Of a stretch of DNA of 64,000 bases, positions 62,001 through 64,000 are shown in pieces. Source of the DNA: Pristiophorus japonicus (taxonomy: Eukaryota). A program made the position numbers and the translations under genes. The notes below the pieces were generated by a model. That model had not been told where the DNA came from. It ran no database searches and saw only the letters and a list, made by a program, of their open reading frames with translations. Positions within the stretch are counted from its first letter, which is position 1. Every line of letters starts with the position of its first letter. Location: contig NW_027252691.1 of assembly GCF_044704955.1 (NCBI RefSeq), positions 62,001-126,000 of the forward strand, given 5' to 3'.

Positions 62001-64000
62001 GCCAGGATTCACCCGTTAATCTTCATCACAGGCAGTCCCCCGTAGCCAGGATTCACCCGTTAATCTTCATCACAGGCAGTCCCCCGTAGCCAGGATTCAC
62101 CCGTTAATCTTCATCATAGGCAGTCCAGCGGAGCCAGGAATCCCCCGCTAATCTTCATCATAGGCAGTCCCCCCGGAGCCAGGAATCCCTCGCTAATCTT
62201 CATCATAGGCAGTCCCCCAGAGCCAGGAATCCCCCGCTAATCTTCATCATAGTCCATCCACCGGAGCCAGGAATCTACCGCTAATCTTCATCATAGTCCA
62301 TCCCCTGGAGCCAGCAATCCCCCGCTAATCTACATCATAAGCAGTCACCCCGGAGCCAGGAATTCCCCGCTAATCTTCATCATAGGACATCCGCCTGGAG
62401 CCAGGAATCCCCCGCTAATCTTCATCATAGGCAGTCCCCACGGAGCCAGGAATCCCCCGCAAATCTTCATCATAGGCAGTCCCCCCGGAGCCAGGAATCC
62501 CTCGCTAATCTTCATCATAGGTCATCCCCCGGATCCAGGAATCCCCCGCTAATCTTCATCACAGGCAGTCCCCCAGAGCCAGGATTCCCCCGCTAATCTT
62601 CATCATAGTCCATCCCCCGTAGGCAGGATTGACCCGCTAATCTTCATCATAGTCCGTTCCCCGGAAACAGAACTCACCCGCTAATCTTCATCATAGGCCG
62701 TCCCACCGGAGCCAGGAATCCCCCGCTAATCCTCATCATAGGCCATCCCCCCGGAGCCAGGGATCCCCCGCTAATCTTCATCATAGGCAGTCCCCCGGAG
62801 CCAGGGATCCCCCGCTAATCTTCATCATAGGCAGTCCCCTGGAGCCAGGAATCTCCCACTAATCTTCATCATCGACAGTCACCCCGGAGCCAGGAATCCT
62901 CCGCTAATCTTCATCATAGGCAGCCCCCAGAGCCAGAAATCCCCCGGTAATCTTCATCATAGGCAGCCCCCGAAGACAGGAATCCCCCGCTAATCTTCAT
63001 TATAGGCCATCCGCGGAGCCAGGAATCCCCCGCTGATCTTCATCATAGTCCGTTCCCCGGAGACAGGAATCCCCCGCTAATCTTCATCACAGGCAGTCCC
63101 CCAGAGCCAGGAATCCCCCGCTAATCTTCATCATAGTCCATCCACCGGAGCCAGGAATCTACCGCTAATCTTCATCATAGTCCATCCCCTGGAGCCAGCA
63201 ATCCCCCGCTAATCTACATCATAAGCAGTCACCCCGGAGCCAGGAATTCCCCGCTAATCTTCATCATAGGACATCCGCCTGGAGCCAGGAATCCCCCGCT
63301 AATCTTCATCATAGGCAGTCCCCACGGAGCCAGGAATCCCCCGCAAATCTTCATCATAGGCAGTCCCCCCGGAGCCAGGAATCCCCGGGTAATCTTCATC
63401 ACAGGCAGTCCACCGGGGCCAAGAATCCCCCGCTAATCTTCATCATAATCCGTCCCCGGAGCCAGGAATCCCCCGCTAATCCTCATCATAGGCAGCCCCC
63501 GGAGACAGGAATTCCCCGCTAATCTTCATCATAGGCAGTCCCCGGAGACAGGAATCCTCCGCTAATCTTCAGCATAGGCCATCCCCCGGAGCCAGCAATC
63601 CCCCGCTAATCTTCATCATAGGCAGTCCCCCGGAGCCAGAAATCACCCGCTAATCTTCGTCATAGGCCGTCCCCGGAGCCAGGAATCCCCCGCTAATCTT
63701 CATCATAGGCAGTCCCCCCGGAGCCAGAAATCCCCCGCTAATCCTCATCATAGGCAGTCCCCCAGAGCCAGGAGTCCACCGCTAATCTTCATCATAGGCA
63801 GTCCCCGGAGCCAGGAATCCCCCGCTAATCTTCATCATAGGCAGTCCCCGGAGCCAGGAATCCCCCGCTAATCTTCATCACAGGCAGTCCCCGGAGCCAG
63901 GAATCCCCCGCTAATCTTCATCATAGGCAGTCCCCGGAGCCAGGAATCCCCCGCTAATCTTCATCATAGGCCTTCCCCCCGGAGCCAGGAATCCCCCGCT
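53095..64000. repeat. ~41-43 bp satellite (ggagccaggaatcccccgctaatcttcatcataggcagtcccc)n with higher-order repeats; runs off window end
   Basis: About 11 kb of tandem units. Blocks of variants recur at offsets of ~1936 bp and ~3619 bp. Confidence 0.97.

Overview
Eukaryotic DNA from a cartilaginous fish (shark-like), judged from its CR1, RTE and DeuSINE repeat families and its cluster-type Ig organisation. The minus strand carries part of an immunoglobulin heavy-chain cluster, most likely IgW: D1 (12/23 RSS), D2 (12/12 RSS), JH (WGTG), CH1, CH2 and a candidate secretory-tail exon with a poly(A) signal. Both constant exons are intact and splice in phase. The recombination side looks damaged: the D2 3' heptamer has lost its CAC, the JH nonamer is degenerate, and no VH is found. 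Where VH should be, there is more than 20 kb of nested transposons (an RTE LINE containing a CR1 and a full Gypsy LTR element) and a satellite of about 42 bp that appears derived from an RTE tail. The introns are strongly inflated (J-CH1 about 22.6 kb, CH1-CH2 about 11.6 kb) by LINEs and minisatellites. The most unusual element is a 351-bp captured piece of cathepsin L in the J-C intron. It holds promoter-like motifs, a 5' UTR and an intronless signal peptide/prodomain start, is flanked by a 7-bp duplication, and has the same orientation as the Ig gene. It is one of at least four apparent templated insertions in this locus. A 62-bp tandem array of RSS-like motifs also lies just downstream of JH. 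The very long ORFs in the ORF track are minisatellite artefacts. Family names come from recalled motif similarity, not database searches.
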